Shown here one piece after another: positions 9,118 to 19,400 of a stretch of DNA of 64,000 nt. The stretch's first letter is position 1, and every line of letters starts with the position of its first letter. Made by a program: the position numbers and the translations under genes. The DNA lies in contig JAHISB010000018.1 of NCBI GenBank assembly GCA_018818425.1, positions 16,390-80,389 on the forward strand, given 5' to 3'. This DNA is from Patescibacteria group bacterium (GTDB lineage Bacteria; Patescibacteriota; Patescibacteriia; UBA1558; UBA10009). The notes under the pieces were generated by a model, which was given only the letters and a program-made list of their open reading frames with translations, was not told the DNA's origin and made no database searches.

Positions 9118-11277
9118 CTAAAGTTCAGTCTTTTTATTTCTTAATTTTTTAAAATCAGCAATTTGGTCTCTTAATTCCGCTGCTTTTTCAAACTCTAAAT
9201 TACTCGCGGCCATAGCCATCTGATTCTCCAAGTCCTCAATAAGATGTTTAAGCTCGTCTTTGGGAATATCTTTGAGTTTATCGGTCCTTGGTCTTTGGTC
9301 TTTGGTTCTCTCCCGCACATTCTCAACCTTAACATCTTTCTTAATTGATTGAGGTTCAACGTTGTGCCTGCGATTATATTTCTCCTGAATTTTCCGGCGG
9401 CGGTTGACTTCTTTAATGGCCCTTTTCATCGAACCGGTTTGTTTATCAGCGTACATTATAATTCTACCTTCAATATGCCTGGCAGCTCTGCCCATAGTTT
9501 GGACTAATGATGTTTCGCTACGAAGAAATCCTTCTTTATCAGCGTCTAAAATAGCAATCAGCGAGACCTCGGGCAAATCAAGGCCTTCGCGAAGTAAGTT
9601 GATGCCCACCAAAACATCGTATTTTCCAAGCCGAAGATCCCTGATAATTTCAATCCTTTCTAAAGTGTGAATTTCGGAATGCAAATACTGAACTTTAAGG
9701 CCTTTTTCCTGCAGATATTCTGTAAGATCTTCGGCTAAACGTTTAGTTAAAGTGGTAACTAAAACTCTTTGCTTTTTTTTGACTGTAGCTGTGATCTCTT
9801 TAATTAAATCTGCCACTTGATTCTTGGTTTTTTTGACTTCCACGCTTGGTTCCAAAAGTCCGGTCGGACGAATGAGTTGTTGGGCGACTGCGGAATTTGA
9901 GTCTTCAATCTTCAGTTTTAAATCTTCGTAATCCACCACCTCTTTTGTAAGCGCCCCGGCCTTCATTTTTTTAGTTTTAATTCCCGACATGCGATACTCG
10001 TAAGCAGCCGGCGTGGCCGAAACAAAGACTGCTTTGCTTATATGATTTTCAAACTCCTTGAATTTTAACGGCCGGTTATCTAAAGCTGATGGCAAACGAA
10101 AGCCAAAATCGACCAGGGTCTGTTTTCTGGCCCGGTCGCCATTATACATAGCGTTAAGTTGAGGCACCGTCATATGCGATTCATCAATGAACAGCAGAAA
10201 ATCATCAGGATAATAATCAATCAATGTCGCCGGCTGTTCCCCCGGTTCCCGGTTGGTCAGGTACCTTGAATAGTTTTCTATGCCGTTGCAGTAGCCGGTT
10301 TGTTCTATCATTTCTAAATCGTACTTGGTTCTTTCTTCGATTCGTTGGGCTTCTAGTAGTTTATTTTGATTCTTAAGTTGAGTGGCTCTTTCCTTCATTT
10401 CTTTTTTGATGGATTCCAGCGATTGTTTTAATCTTTCCTCGGGCGTGACAAAATGCTTGGCCGGAAAAACTTCAATGTTTTGGATTTTGGATTTTGCTCG
10501 CCCTGAGCGAAGCCGAAGGGGAATTTGAGATTTGTTTGTTTCTTGTCCTCGATTAAATCGGGGATTGGAACTTGGTACTTGTTGACCTGTGATTAGGTCA
10601 ATGATAGATAACTTTTCAATAAGATCGCCATTAAATTCAACCCTTATTACCTCATTCTTCTCTTCAATTGGAAAAATATCCAAAACATCGCCTTTGACTC
10701 TAAAATTGCCGCGGTAAAAATCATAGTCATTTCTTTTGTACTGAAGATCGGTTAAGTGACGGAACAACTTATCGCGCTTAATTTTTTGTCCGACAGCCAA
10801 CTTGATTCTCATATCCTTATAATCTGCCGGACTGCCTAAACCATAAATGCACGAAACTGATGCCACAATCAATACATCCTGACGGGTTAATAAAGCGTTG
10901 GTTGAAGCGTGGCGCAGTCTGTCGATTTCCTCGTTAACATCAGTTTCCTTTTCTATATAAGTGCCGGACTGGGGAATGTAAGCTTCGGGCTGATAGTAAT
11001 CGTAATAGCTGACAAAATAATGCACCGCATTTTCCGGAAAAAATTCCTTGAATTCTGATGCTAATTGAGCGGCCAATGTTTTGTTATGAGAGATAACCAG
11101 GGTTGGTTTTTGGATTTTCTCAATAACACACGCTACAGTGTAAGTCTTGCCACTGCCAGTGACTCCCAACAAAGTTTGATGTTTATAGCCCCTTTTTATT
11201 CCGCTGGCTAATTTATCAATAGCTTGCGGCTGGTCGCCAGTCGGCTTGAACTTGGATTTTAACTTAAATTTTGGCAT
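9118..11277 (-). CDS. uvrB: Excinuclease ABC subunit B
   Basis: GVTGSGKT, YYDYYQPEAY, DESH, GINLLREGLDLPEV, C-terminal UVR coil (LEFEKAAELRD); start moved to ATG at 11277. Confidence 0.98.
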   Translation of the reverse strand: MPKFKLKSKFKPTGDQPQAIDKLASGIKRGYKHQTLLGVTGSGKTYTVACVIEKIQKPTLVISHNKTLAAQLASEFKEFFPENAVHYFVSYYDYYQPEAYIPQSGTYIEKETDVNEEIDRLRHASTNALLTRQDVLIVASVSCIYGLGSPADYKDMRIKLAVGQKIKRDKLFRHLTDLQYKRNDYDFYRGNFRVKGDVLDIFPIEEKNEVIRVEFNGDLIEKLSIIDLITGQQVPSSNPRFNRGQETNKSQIPLRLRSGRAKSKIQNIEVFPAKHFVTPEERLKQSLESIKKEMKERATQLKNQNKLLEAQRIEERTKYDLEMIEQTGYCNGIENYSRYLTNREPGEQPATLIDYYPDDFLLFIDESHMTVPQLNAMYNGDRARKQTLVDFGFRLPSALDNRPLKFKEFENHISKAVFVSATPAAYEYRMSGIKTKKMKAGALTKEVVDYEDLKLKIEDSNSAVAQQLIRPTGLLEPSVEVKKTKNQVADLIKEITATVKKKQRVLVTTLTKRLAEDLTEYLQEKGLKVQYLHSEIHTLERIEIIRDLRLGKYDVLVGINLLREGLDLPEVSLIAILDADKEGFLRSETSLVQTMGRAARHIEGRIIMYADKQTGSMKRAIKEVNRRRKIQEKYNRRHNVEPQSIKKDVKVENVRERTKDQRPRTDKLKDIPKDELKHLIEDLENQMAMAASNLEFEKAAELRDQIADFKKLRNKKTEL

Positions 11278-11316
11278 AATTAACAATCTTTATAAAAAAA
11301 TTTGTTGATTAAATAG

Positions 11317-11346
11317 ACCTCGAGCGAATATAACGAGCCGAGAGGT
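11317..11346. repeat. CCTCGAGCGA...GAGCCGAGAGG small palindromic element
   Basis: acctcgagcgaatataacgagccgagaggt; same family as 10501, 35513, 38896, 41877. Confidence 0.6.
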
Positions 11347-11428
11347 TGGACGGAAATTAGATCGAAGTTTGAATTTCATAGTCAATATATAATATCATTA
11401 CTCTTAATTTTTTAAAAGCGAACGTCAA

Positions 11429-11456
11429 GTAGGTACGCGCCGTGGCGCGTACCTAC
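11429..11456. repeat. GTAG...CTAC REP-like palindrome inside an outer hairpin (11417-11472)
   Basis: GTAGGTACGCGCC-GT-GGCGCGTACCTAC; outer arms AGCGAACG / CGTTCGCT. Confidence 0.75.
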
Positions 11457-11513
11457 AAAAGTGCCGTTCGCTAAAAAGAATTGATTTTTACCCCAAAAAC
11501 TGCTACATTATAC

Positions 11514-11585
11514 GAGCATGGGAGCATGGGAGCAAGTGTTCTAATGTTCTAATGTTCTAATGTTCCAGTGTTCCAATGCTCTAAT
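11514..11585. repeat. Bipartite 8-mer tandem tract in the ruvA leader
   Basis: (GAGCATGG)x2 GAGCAAGT (GTTCTAAT)x3 GTTCCAGT GTTCCAAT GCTCTAAT. Confidence 0.85.
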
Positions 11586-11594
11586 GAAAAAAAT

Positions 11595-12179
11595 ATGATT
11601 AGTCACCTTACAGGCAAAATCATTCTCAAAAAACCAACATATATAATTCTTGAAGTCAACGGCGTTGGCTACCAGATTTTTTGCAACGAAAAAACTCTTA
11701 ACGGGCTAAAGGAAGGTGCCGAAGCTGTTATCCATACTCATCACCATGTTAAAGAAGATCTGCAGGAGCTTTACGGCTTTTTAAATTTACCCGAACTGGA
11801 ACTTTTTAAAAATGTCATCGGCATATCCGGCGTTGGGCCCAAAACAGGGCTGGCTGTTCTGGCTGTGGCTTCGGTGGAAGATATTATCCAGGCCATTCTT
11901 TCCGAAAATCCCGGGCTGCTGCGGACGGTTTCCGGCATCGGCACTAAAACAGCAGAACGTTTAGTGGTAGAACTTAAATCTAAAATCGGCTCGCTAGCCA
12001 AAGAAATTACCGGCAAAGACCTTTCGGCCGCCTCACCCAATGCCGATGTTATAGAAGCTTTAATAGGTCTTGGCTATTCCAGAAAAGAGGTAATGGAAGT
12101 AGCGCGGCAAGTGCCGAATGATATTACCGATGATTCGGAAAGGATTAAAGGAGCGTTAAAATTATTAGGGAAAAGATAA
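11595..12179 (+). CDS. ruvA: Holliday junction branch migration protein RuvA
   Basis: MISHLTG..., EVNGVGY, ISGVGPKTGL, GIGTKTAERLVVELK, EALIGLGY. Confidence 0.97.
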   Translation: MISHLTGKIILKKPTYIILEVNGVGYQIFCNEKTLNGLKEGAEAVIHTHHHVKEDLQELYGFLNLPELELFKNVIGISGVGPKTGLAVLAVASVEDIIQAILSENPGLLRTVSGIGTKTAERLVVELKSKIGSLAKEITGKDLSAASPNADVIEALIGLGYSRKEVMEVARQVPNDITDDSERIKGALKLLGKR

Positions 12180-12212
12180 GGCCTTGCCTTGTTGTGTTGC
12201 GGCCAATTTAAT

Positions 12213-12240
12213 GTAGCGACGCAAAATTTTGCGTCGCTAC
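12213..12240. repeat. Perfect GTAG...CTAC REP-like palindrome inside a GGCCTTGCCTT/AAGGCAAGACC stem
   Basis: GTAGCGACGCAAAATTTTGCGTCGCTAC; outer arms at 12180-12190 and 12243-12253 match those at 6313/6440. Confidence 0.8.
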
Positions 12241-12272
12241 AAAAGGCAAGACCACACGATAACCCATAAACC

Positions 12273-13298
12273 ATGGAAATAACTCTTTTAAATAAGCCAC
12301 GATTTGATGAATTTGCCGGCAATCAAAAATACAGTCAATTTTTACAGTCTTGGGACTGGGGCGATTTCCAAAAAAACGTCGGCCATAGAGTCTGGCGACT
12401 GGGCGTTGCTTTAGATAATCAGATTATTGCCTCGGCCCAAATTATTGAGCATCTTTTGCCTTTTAATAAAAGTTATCTTTACTGCCCTCGCGGTCCGGTA
12501 ATAGCAGAAAATTTATCTGACAAACAAAAACTCACGGCCTTAAAACTGATTCTAAGCAAAGCCCGCGACATTGCCATTTCAACTCCCCAAACCGAAGAAA
12601 TCTTCTTCCGCCTAGAGCCAACCCATCGTCTACAACCTACAACCTACCCACTACAACCTACACCCTACAACCTAAGAAAAACAAAGCCCATCCAGCCCGC
12701 CGATACTCTGATTTTAGACCTAACTTTGCCGAAAGAACAATTGCTGACAAACATGCGCCAAAAAACCAGATACAACATCCGCCTGGCCGAAAAACATGGA
12801 GTAACAATTAAAGAAGAGAGTGGCTTTTCCAAAGTCTGGCCATTTTTCGAACAAACTTCTAAAAGAGATAAATTCGGCCTTCATCCCAAAAAATACTATC
12901 AAAAAATGGTTGAGGATTCCGATTTAATAAGGATGTGGGCCGCAGATTATAAAGGAAAAATAGTTGCCGCTAATATTGTCAGTTATTTCGGCAATACCGC
13001 CACTTATGTTCACGGCGCTTCTGACTATCAGCAACGTTCAATGATGGCGCCGTTTCTTTTACAATGGGAAGTGATTAAAAACGCCCAGGAGCAGGGCTAT
13101 AAATATTATGACTTTCATGGAATTGCGCCAAACCATAACAAAAATCACCCTTGGCACGGCATCACTAGATTTAAAAAAGGCTTTGGCGGCCAAGTAATTC
13201 ATTATCCCGGAACTTTTGATTTTATTTATCAGCCATTGAGTTATAATATATATAAGGCCTTGCGAAAATTAAACCTTCTTATCAGAAAAATTTATTAA
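12273..13298 (+). CDS. FemAB/FemX-family peptidoglycan bridge aminoacyltransferase
   Basis: FLQSW.WG.F, Y.PRGP, KTRYNIRLA.K.GV, YDFHGI, G..RFK.GFGG. Confidence 0.92.
   Translation: MEITLLNKPRFDEFAGNQKYSQFLQSWDWGDFQKNVGHRVWRLGVALDNQIIASAQIIEHLLPFNKSYLYCPRGPVIAENLSDKQKLTALKLILSKARDIAISTPQTEEIFFRLEPTHRLQPTTYPLQPTPYNLRKTKPIQPADTLILDLTLPKEQLLTNMRQKTRYNIRLAEKHGVTIKEESGFSKVWPFFEQTSKRDKFGLHPKKYYQKMVEDSDLIRMWAADYKGKIVAANIVSYFGNTATYVHGASDYQQRSMMAPFLLQWEVIKNAQEQGYKYYDFHGIAPNHNKNHPWHGITRFKKGFGGQVIHYPGTFDFIYQPLSYNIYKALRKLNLLIRKIY
12630..12671 (+). repeat. Six CTACAAC-type 7-mers (42 nt) in frame within the FemAB gene
   Basis: ctacaac ctacaac ctaccca ctacaac ctacacc ctacaac, encoding LQPTTYPLQPTPYN. Confidence 0.9.
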
Positions 13299-13307
13299 TC
13301 TTATAAT

Positions 13308-14330
13308 ATGCCCGATCCAACAAACCAAAATACCCTGCCCGCCCCCGAAAAAAAATATCCGCCGGAAACTGCCGGCCGGCTGATGATTGGCAATGTGCCA
13401 ACGGTTTCACCCGACGATACCATTAGTAAAATTGAAGAGCTTCTCCTAAAAAGAGTAAAGGAATTCGAAACCATCAATTATATATATGTAGTTCTTAAAA
13501 ATGGCAAACTGGCCGGAGTAATATCTATTAAAGATATACTAAGGCAGCCCAAAAGCGCCAAGGTTTCCCAAGTTATGATAAAAGATTTAATTGTCGCTCA
13601 TCCTTACACCGACCAGGAGCACGTGGCAAATTTAGCTTTGCAAAACAATATCAAGGCCGTGCCGGTGGCAGATAAAGACAATATTTTTTTAGGCGTTGTG
13701 CCCAGCGATACTATTTTAAAAGTTGTTTATCAAGAAGCTTCCGAAGACATTTTAGGCCTGGCCGGTATGACTAATTTTAAAATGGCCAGGCGCGGCCTGG
13801 ATGATACCATGAAATTGTCTATTTTTACGCTTCTCAAACACCGTCTGCCCTGGCTTATTATCGGCCTGTTCGGCGGCCTGCTGACCGCTAAAATTATCGG
13901 TTTATTCGAGTATACTTTAGAAAAAAATATTATCCTGGCTTCTTTTATCCCGCTGATTGTTTATATGGGCGGGGCCACTCTGGCCCAAACTCAGGCTTTT
14001 TTAATCAGGGACATGGCCCTTAATCCGGCCTTAAAATTTGGTAAATATTTTCTGAAGCAATTGCTGGTTATTTTTTTTATAGCCATTTTTGCCTCAGTTA
14101 TTATGTTCGGCTTTGGCTTGCTGATTTATAAAAACCTTTTTATTATTCAAATAATCGCCTCGGCCCTGTTTGCAGCAATTATATCCTCTATTTTTACCGG
14201 GCTGGCGGTGCCGTATTTTTTCAATAAATTAAAGATGGATCCGGCCAATGCCAGCGGTCCGATTGCCACTATTATTCAGGATCTTTTGGGTGTAACGCTC
14301 TATTTTTTAATCGCCTCTTTATTCATTTAA
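13308..14330 (+). CDS. mgtE: Magnesium transporter MgtE (CBS pair + membrane domain)
   Basis: ETAGRLM, CBS repeats, RLPWL, DPA.ASGP.AT.IQD. Confidence 0.9.
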   Translation: MPDPTNQNTLPAPEKKYPPETAGRLMIGNVPTVSPDDTISKIEELLLKRVKEFETINYIYVVLKNGKLAGVISIKDILRQPKSAKVSQVMIKDLIVAHPYTDQEHVANLALQNNIKAVPVADKDNIFLGVVPSDTILKVVYQEASEDILGLAGMTNFKMARRGLDDTMKLSIFTLLKHRLPWLIIGLFGGLLTAKIIGLFEYTLEKNIILASFIPLIVYMGGATLAQTQAFLIRDMALNPALKFGKYFLKQLLVIFFIAIFASVIMFGFGLLIYKNLFIIQIIASALFAAIISSIFTGLAVPYFFNKLKMDPANASGPIATIIQDLLGVTLYFLIASLFI

Positions 14331-14337
14331 AAATTTT

Positions 14338-14697
14338 ATGATCAAACAGCCCCGTGAATATCATCAACGTCTTGAGCAGTTCCGCCGAACCAGATTAAAA
14401 ACAACGGAAAAAACAGCGGATTTAGTGGCCCGCTGGTGCGGCTCGTGGAGTTTTCTGATAATTCATCTTATTGGTTTTATTCTCTGGTTGAGTTTTAATC
14501 TTAATTTCAACTTTTTAACCCTGATTGTTTCTTTCGAAGCCATTCTGCTGATGAATGTTTTATTAATGGCCCAGAACCGCCAAGCAAAAAAAGACGATTT
14601 AAGGGACGAGGCCGACTACCAGGCCGACAAACACGCTGCCAAAGGCATTGACGAAATCAAAAAAAATGTCCAGGATATTCAAAGCAAGCTAAAATAA
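14338..14697 (+). CDS. DUF1003-type membrane protein
   Basis: AD..A...GSW.F, LT..VS.EAI, LMAQNRQA..D. Confidence 0.8.
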   Translation: MIKQPREYHQRLEQFRRTRLKTTEKTADLVARWCGSWSFLIIHLIGFILWLSFNLNFNFLTLIVSFEAILLMNVLLMAQNRQAKKDDLRDEADYQADKHAAKGIDEIKKNVQDIQSKLK

Positions 14698-14712
14698 AAA
14701 AATTTTGCTTAT

Positions 14713-14740
14713 GTACGTACGCGCCGCGGCGCATATCTAC
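14713..14740. repeat. Degenerate GTAG/CTAC REP-like palindrome inside a TTTTGCT/AGCAAAA stem
   Basis: gtacgtacgcgccgcggcgcatatctac, similar to 11429-11456. Confidence 0.6.
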
Positions 14741-14763
14741 AGCAAAACTTCTTTTAATAGAAT

Positions 14764-16080
14764 ATGAAAACTTTTGTAAAGAAACTTCTACCTCCTTTTA
14801 TTCTGGGCTGGTACCACCAAGTACTGGCATTTTTAGCTATGGTCATTTATGGTTTTCCTTCTAATAAATTGATTGTTATTGGCGTAACCGGCACCAACGG
14901 CAAATCAACGGTCGTCAATTTAATCGGCGAAATTTTAAAAATTTCGGGCCATCAAGTTGCCTGGACCGCCACCACCAACTTTTTTCTTGACGGCCAGGAG
15001 CGGCTTAACGACCAAAAAATGACCATGCCGGGCAGATTCAAAACTCAAAAATTCTTAGCAGATAGCGTAAGGGCCGGCTGTAAATATGCCATAATCGAAA
15101 CTTCATCGGAGGGCATTAAACAATACCGGCATTGGGGCATTAATTATGATCTGGCGGTTTTTACTAACCTGACTCCCGAACATATCGAAGCCCACGGCAG
15201 TTTTGAAAACTATAAAAAAGCCAAAGGCAGACTCTTTAAGCATCTGACAAAATTCCCAAAGAAAAAAATCAACAATCAGCTGATTGATAAAACGATTATA
15301 GTAAATACTGACGATCAATATGCCGATTACTTTTTAAATTTTCCGGCTGACAAAAAATTGGCTTTCTCAATTAAAAAAAAATCCGACTTTAGGGCAACCA
15401 GCATTAAGCTTGATTCTAACGGCACTTCTTTCACCCTACAACCTACCCCCTACAACCTACCCCCTACAACCTACAAAACTAATTTACTGGGGAAAGTTAA
15501 CATCTACAACTGCCTCTCGGCTATTGCCGTTGCCAAAGCTCTTGGAATCGACAGCGATAAAATCCAGCAAGCCTTACTAAAATATAAAGGCATGCCCGGA
15601 CGTTTTGAATTTATTGATAAGGGACAAAAATTCAAAGTGATGATTGACTATGCGCCCGAGCCCGAGTCAATGAAAAAATTGTATGAAACTTTGCAATTAT
15701 TTAAGTTTAATAAAATAATTCATGTTTTAGGTTCCTGCGGCGGCGGCCGAGATAAGTCCAGAAGACCTATTTTAGGAAAATTAGCCGCAGAAAACGCTGA
15801 CATTGTGATAGTCACTAACGAAGATCCTTACGACGAAGACCCGCAACAAATTATTGATCAAGTAGCGGCCGGCGCCGAAGCTAATGGTAAAATTCTTAAT
15901 CAAAACTTATTTAAAATATTGGATAGACGCGAAGCAATTAAAAAAGCTTTGTCATTGGCTAATGATAATGATTTAGTTTTGCTGACCGGCAAGGGTTGCG
16001 AGCAGCATATTTGCGTTACTCGCGGGAAGAAAATTAAGTGGGATGATCGAGAGGTTGTTAGAGGGTTGTTGAAAATATAA
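14764..16080 (+). CDS. murE: UDP-N-acetylmuramoyl-tripeptide synthetase (Mur ligase)
   Basis: GVTGTNGKST, ETSSEG, FTNLTPEH, PGRFE, DYA, GGGRDK, GKG.E. Confidence 0.9.
   Translation: MKTFVKKLLPPFILGWYHQVLAFLAMVIYGFPSNKLIVIGVTGTNGKSTVVNLIGEILKISGHQVAWTATTNFFLDGQERLNDQKMTMPGRFKTQKFLADSVRAGCKYAIIETSSEGIKQYRHWGINYDLAVFTNLTPEHIEAHGSFENYKKAKGRLFKHLTKFPKKKINNQLIDKTIIVNTDDQYADYFLNFPADKKLAFSIKKKSDFRATSIKLDSNGTSFTLQPTPYNLPPTTYKTNLLGKVNIYNCLSAIAVAKALGIDSDKIQQALLKYKGMPGRFEFIDKGQKFKVMIDYAPEPESMKKLYETLQLFKFNKIIHVLGSCGGGRDKSRRPILGKLAAENADIVIVTNEDPYDEDPQQIIDQVAAGAEANGKILNQNLFKILDRREAIKKALSLANDNDLVLLTGKGCEQHICVTRGKKIKWDDREVVRGLLKI
15436..15477 (+). repeat. Six CTACAAC/CTACCCC 7-mers (42 nt) in frame within murE
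   Basis: ctacaac ctacccc ctacaac ctacccc ctacaac ctacaaa, encoding LQPTPYNLPPTTYK. Confidence 0.9.
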
Positions 16081-16112
16081 AAGGCGCCTGTACCGCCTCT
16101 CGCGAGAAGCGC

Positions 16113-16218
16113 TGTGGATAACTTGACGATAAACACCAATTTTGGGGCTAATTATAGGCCTGTTTTTATTTTCTTGACGAAATAAAATGAATTTATCTAA
16201 ATTAACGATTGTGGATAA
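16113..16218 (-). promoter_or_regulatory. Two consensus DnaA boxes upstream of rpoB
   Basis: TGTGGATAA (= TTATCCACA) at 16113-16121 and 16210-16218. Confidence 0.55.
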
Positions 16219-16272
16219 TTCAAATATTTTTGGCTAAAATTAGCAATATTTAAAATATTTAGCTAAAATCTC

Positions 16273-16301
16273 TTGACATATTTTTCATTTTGAGGTATCA
16301 T
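16273..16301 (+). promoter_or_regulatory. Sigma70 promoter of rpoBC
   Basis: TTGACA-17 bp-TATCAT. Confidence 0.7.
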
Positions 16302-16441
16302 CTGCCTATGTTTTCGTACTCGGCTGTGTAAAAAGCCATTAAAAAAGCCCTAATTTGCAGTTTGGGCCTTATTTTTTGTCATATTTTTTAAAACAAAAAC
16401 TCGTTTATTAATTTAGAATTTATAATTTCTAATTTATTTTT

Positions 16442-19400
16442 ATGCCTCAACCCGCCTCTGAGCGCAAATATTTTACAAAATCTAAGATTGCCACTCCTCT
16501 TCCTAATTTAATAGAAATTCAAAAAAACTCTTATCAATGGTTTATTGATAATGGTTTAAAAGAACTTTTTGATGAGGTTTCCCCCATCAAAGACTTTATC
16601 GGCCGTAATCTTGAATTATATTTCGAAGATTATTATTTAGACGAACCCAAGTTTGATGAAGTAACGGCCAAAAGCAAAAACATCACTTTCGAAGCTCCTT
16701 TAAGGGTCAAAGGCAAATTAGTCAATGAAAGGACCGGCGAAATTAAAGAACAGGAAGTTTATTTAGGCGACCTGCCTTTAATGACCGAGCGGGGCACTTT
16801 TATTATTAACGGCGTCGAGCGGGTAGTGGTCTCCCAGCTTATCAGAAGCGCGGGAGCTTTTTTTACTTCGGAAAACGTCCGGGGCAAAAAGTTTTATGGC
16901 GCTAAAATTATTCCCAACCGCGGGGCCTGGCTGGAATTAGAAACTGACTCCAATCATGTTATTTATGTCAAAATTGACCGTAAAAGAAAAATTCCTATAA
17001 CTGCCCTGCTTAGGGCATTTGGCCTGCCAACGCCAGAAATTATTAAGGCCTTTCAGGAAGTCGAAACTGCGCCCGATATCAATTACACCAATAATACCAT
17101 AAAAAAAGATGTCTCCTCCAATGAAGAAGAGGCCTTAATCGAAGTTTATAAAAGAATCAGGCCGGGCGATTTAGCTACTCCCGATAACGCCAAGTCGCTC
17201 ATCTATTCCATGTTTTTTAATTTTGACCGCTACGACTTCGGCACGGTCGGCCGCTATAAGTTAAATAAAAAATTCGGCGAAGATCTGCCGATAACTAAAG
17301 ACAACCGCATTTTAAGAGTGGAAGATTTAATTAAGGTAGTCAAAGAAATCATCCGCCTTAATAACACCCAGGAAGATGCCGATGATATCGACCATTTAGG
17401 CAATCGCCGGGTTAGGGCTATCGGCGAACTGGTCCAAAATAAATTCAGAATCGGCCTGGCCAGAATGGAAAGAATAGTCAAAGACAGAATGAGCACTTTA
17501 GACATTAATAATTTAACGCCCAATCAGCTGATCAACGCCCGGCCGGTTATTGGCTCTATTAAAGAATTTTTTATGAGCTCCCAGCTTTCCCAGTTTATGG
17601 ACCAAACCAATCCTCTGGCCGAATTGGAACATAAACGGCGGCTCTCGGCTATGGGCCCCGGAGGCCTTTCCAGAGAACGGGCCGGCTTTGAGGTCAGAGA
17701 CGTTCACCGCACTCATTACGGCCGCATCTGTCCTATTGCCACGCCCGAAGGCCCTAACATTGGCTTAGTCGGCCATTTAGCGGCTTATGCCAAAATTAAC
17801 GAATACGGTTTTATTGAAACGCCTTTTAGAAAAATAATTCATAATCCTAAAAATAATCCCTCAAAAACTACTGATAAAATTGCCAGAAAAGATATAAAAC
17901 ATCCCCAAACTCAAGAAACTATCGTTAAAGAGGGGGAGATAATATCGGCCGGCCTTGCCAAAAAATTAGCGGCCCTGGCAGAATTAGAAACTATTCCCGT
18001 TAAGCCGCAGGTGACTAACGAAATTGAATACTTGGACGCCTTTACCGAGGAGCGTTATAATACCGCCTCGGCCACCACTCCTTTAGACGAAAACGGCTAC
18101 TTTATTAATAATTATGCGGAAATGAGAATTAAAGGCAAGCCCTCTTTTGCGCCGGTTCATAAAATTGATTATTTAGATGTCGCGCCCAACCAAATTATTT
18201 CGGTGGCCACCTCTTTAATTCCTTTTTTGGAGCACGACGATGCGGTCAGGGCCCTGATGGGAACCAATATGCAGCGCCAGGCTGTTTCGGTTATTCGGCC
18301 GGAAGCGCCCGTAGTCGGCACCGGCGTCGAATACCGGGCCGCTAAAGATTCGGGCCAGGTTATTGTGGCTAAAGATGACGGCCTGGTGACCGAAGTTCAA
18401 AGCAACCGGATTATTATCACCACCAGTAATGAGGAGCAAATTTATAATCTGGGAAAATTTGTCCGTTCCAATGCTTCCACCTGTATGAACCAGCACCCGC
18501 TGGTGGATAAAAATGAAAAGGTCAAAAAAGGACAGGTTATTGCCGATGGCGGCGCTACCGATAACGGTGAATTAGCGCTGGGGCGAAATGTTCTGGTGTC
18601 TTTTATGGCCTGGGAAGGCGGCAACTACGAAGACGCTATTCTAATTTCCGAACGGGTGGTGCAAAACGATCTTTATACTTCTATTCATATTGAAAACTAT
18701 TCTATTGACATCAGGGATACTAAATTAGGCCCCGAAGTTATTACCCGCGACATACCCAATGTCAGCGAAGAAAAACTCAAAGACCTGGATGAAGAAGGCA
18801 TTGTCAGAATCGGCGCTCAAGTTACGGCCAGCGATATCTTAGTCGGTAAAATCACTCCCAAGGGCGAAACCGAGCTTTCGGCCGAAGAAAAACTTTTAAG
18901 AGCTATCTTCGGCGAGAAAGCTAAAGACGTCAGGGACAGCTCCCTCTATTTAGAGCACGGCGAGCACGGCAAAGTTATTGATATAAAAATCTTCTCCCGC
19001 GAACAGGGAGACAAGCTGTCGGCCGGAGTGATAAAAACCATCCAGATAACAGTGGCCCAGCTCCGCAAGGTGCAGCCGGGCGATAAGCTGGCCGGACGCC
19101 ACGGCAATAAAGGCGTAATTTCCAGAATTGTGCCTGTAGAAAATATGCCCTTTCTAGCTGACGGCACGCCAGTCGATATTATTTTAAATCCCCTGGGCGT
19201 AATTTCCAGAATGAATTTAGGGCAACTATTAGAAACCCATCTGGGCTTTGCCGTCCAAAAACTGGGCTATAAAGTAGCCAGCCCGGCCTTAGACGGCGTG
19301 CCCATAGAAAAAATTAAGGAAGAATTACAAAAAGCCAATCTGCCGGTGGACGGCAAAATTCAACTTTACGACGGCAGGACCGGCGAACCTTTTAATAAAA

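Noticed and set aside
16081-16440. Replication origin
   Set aside because: Only two DnaA boxes, no dnaA/dnaN nearby and no clear DUE; better explained as the rpoB promoter region
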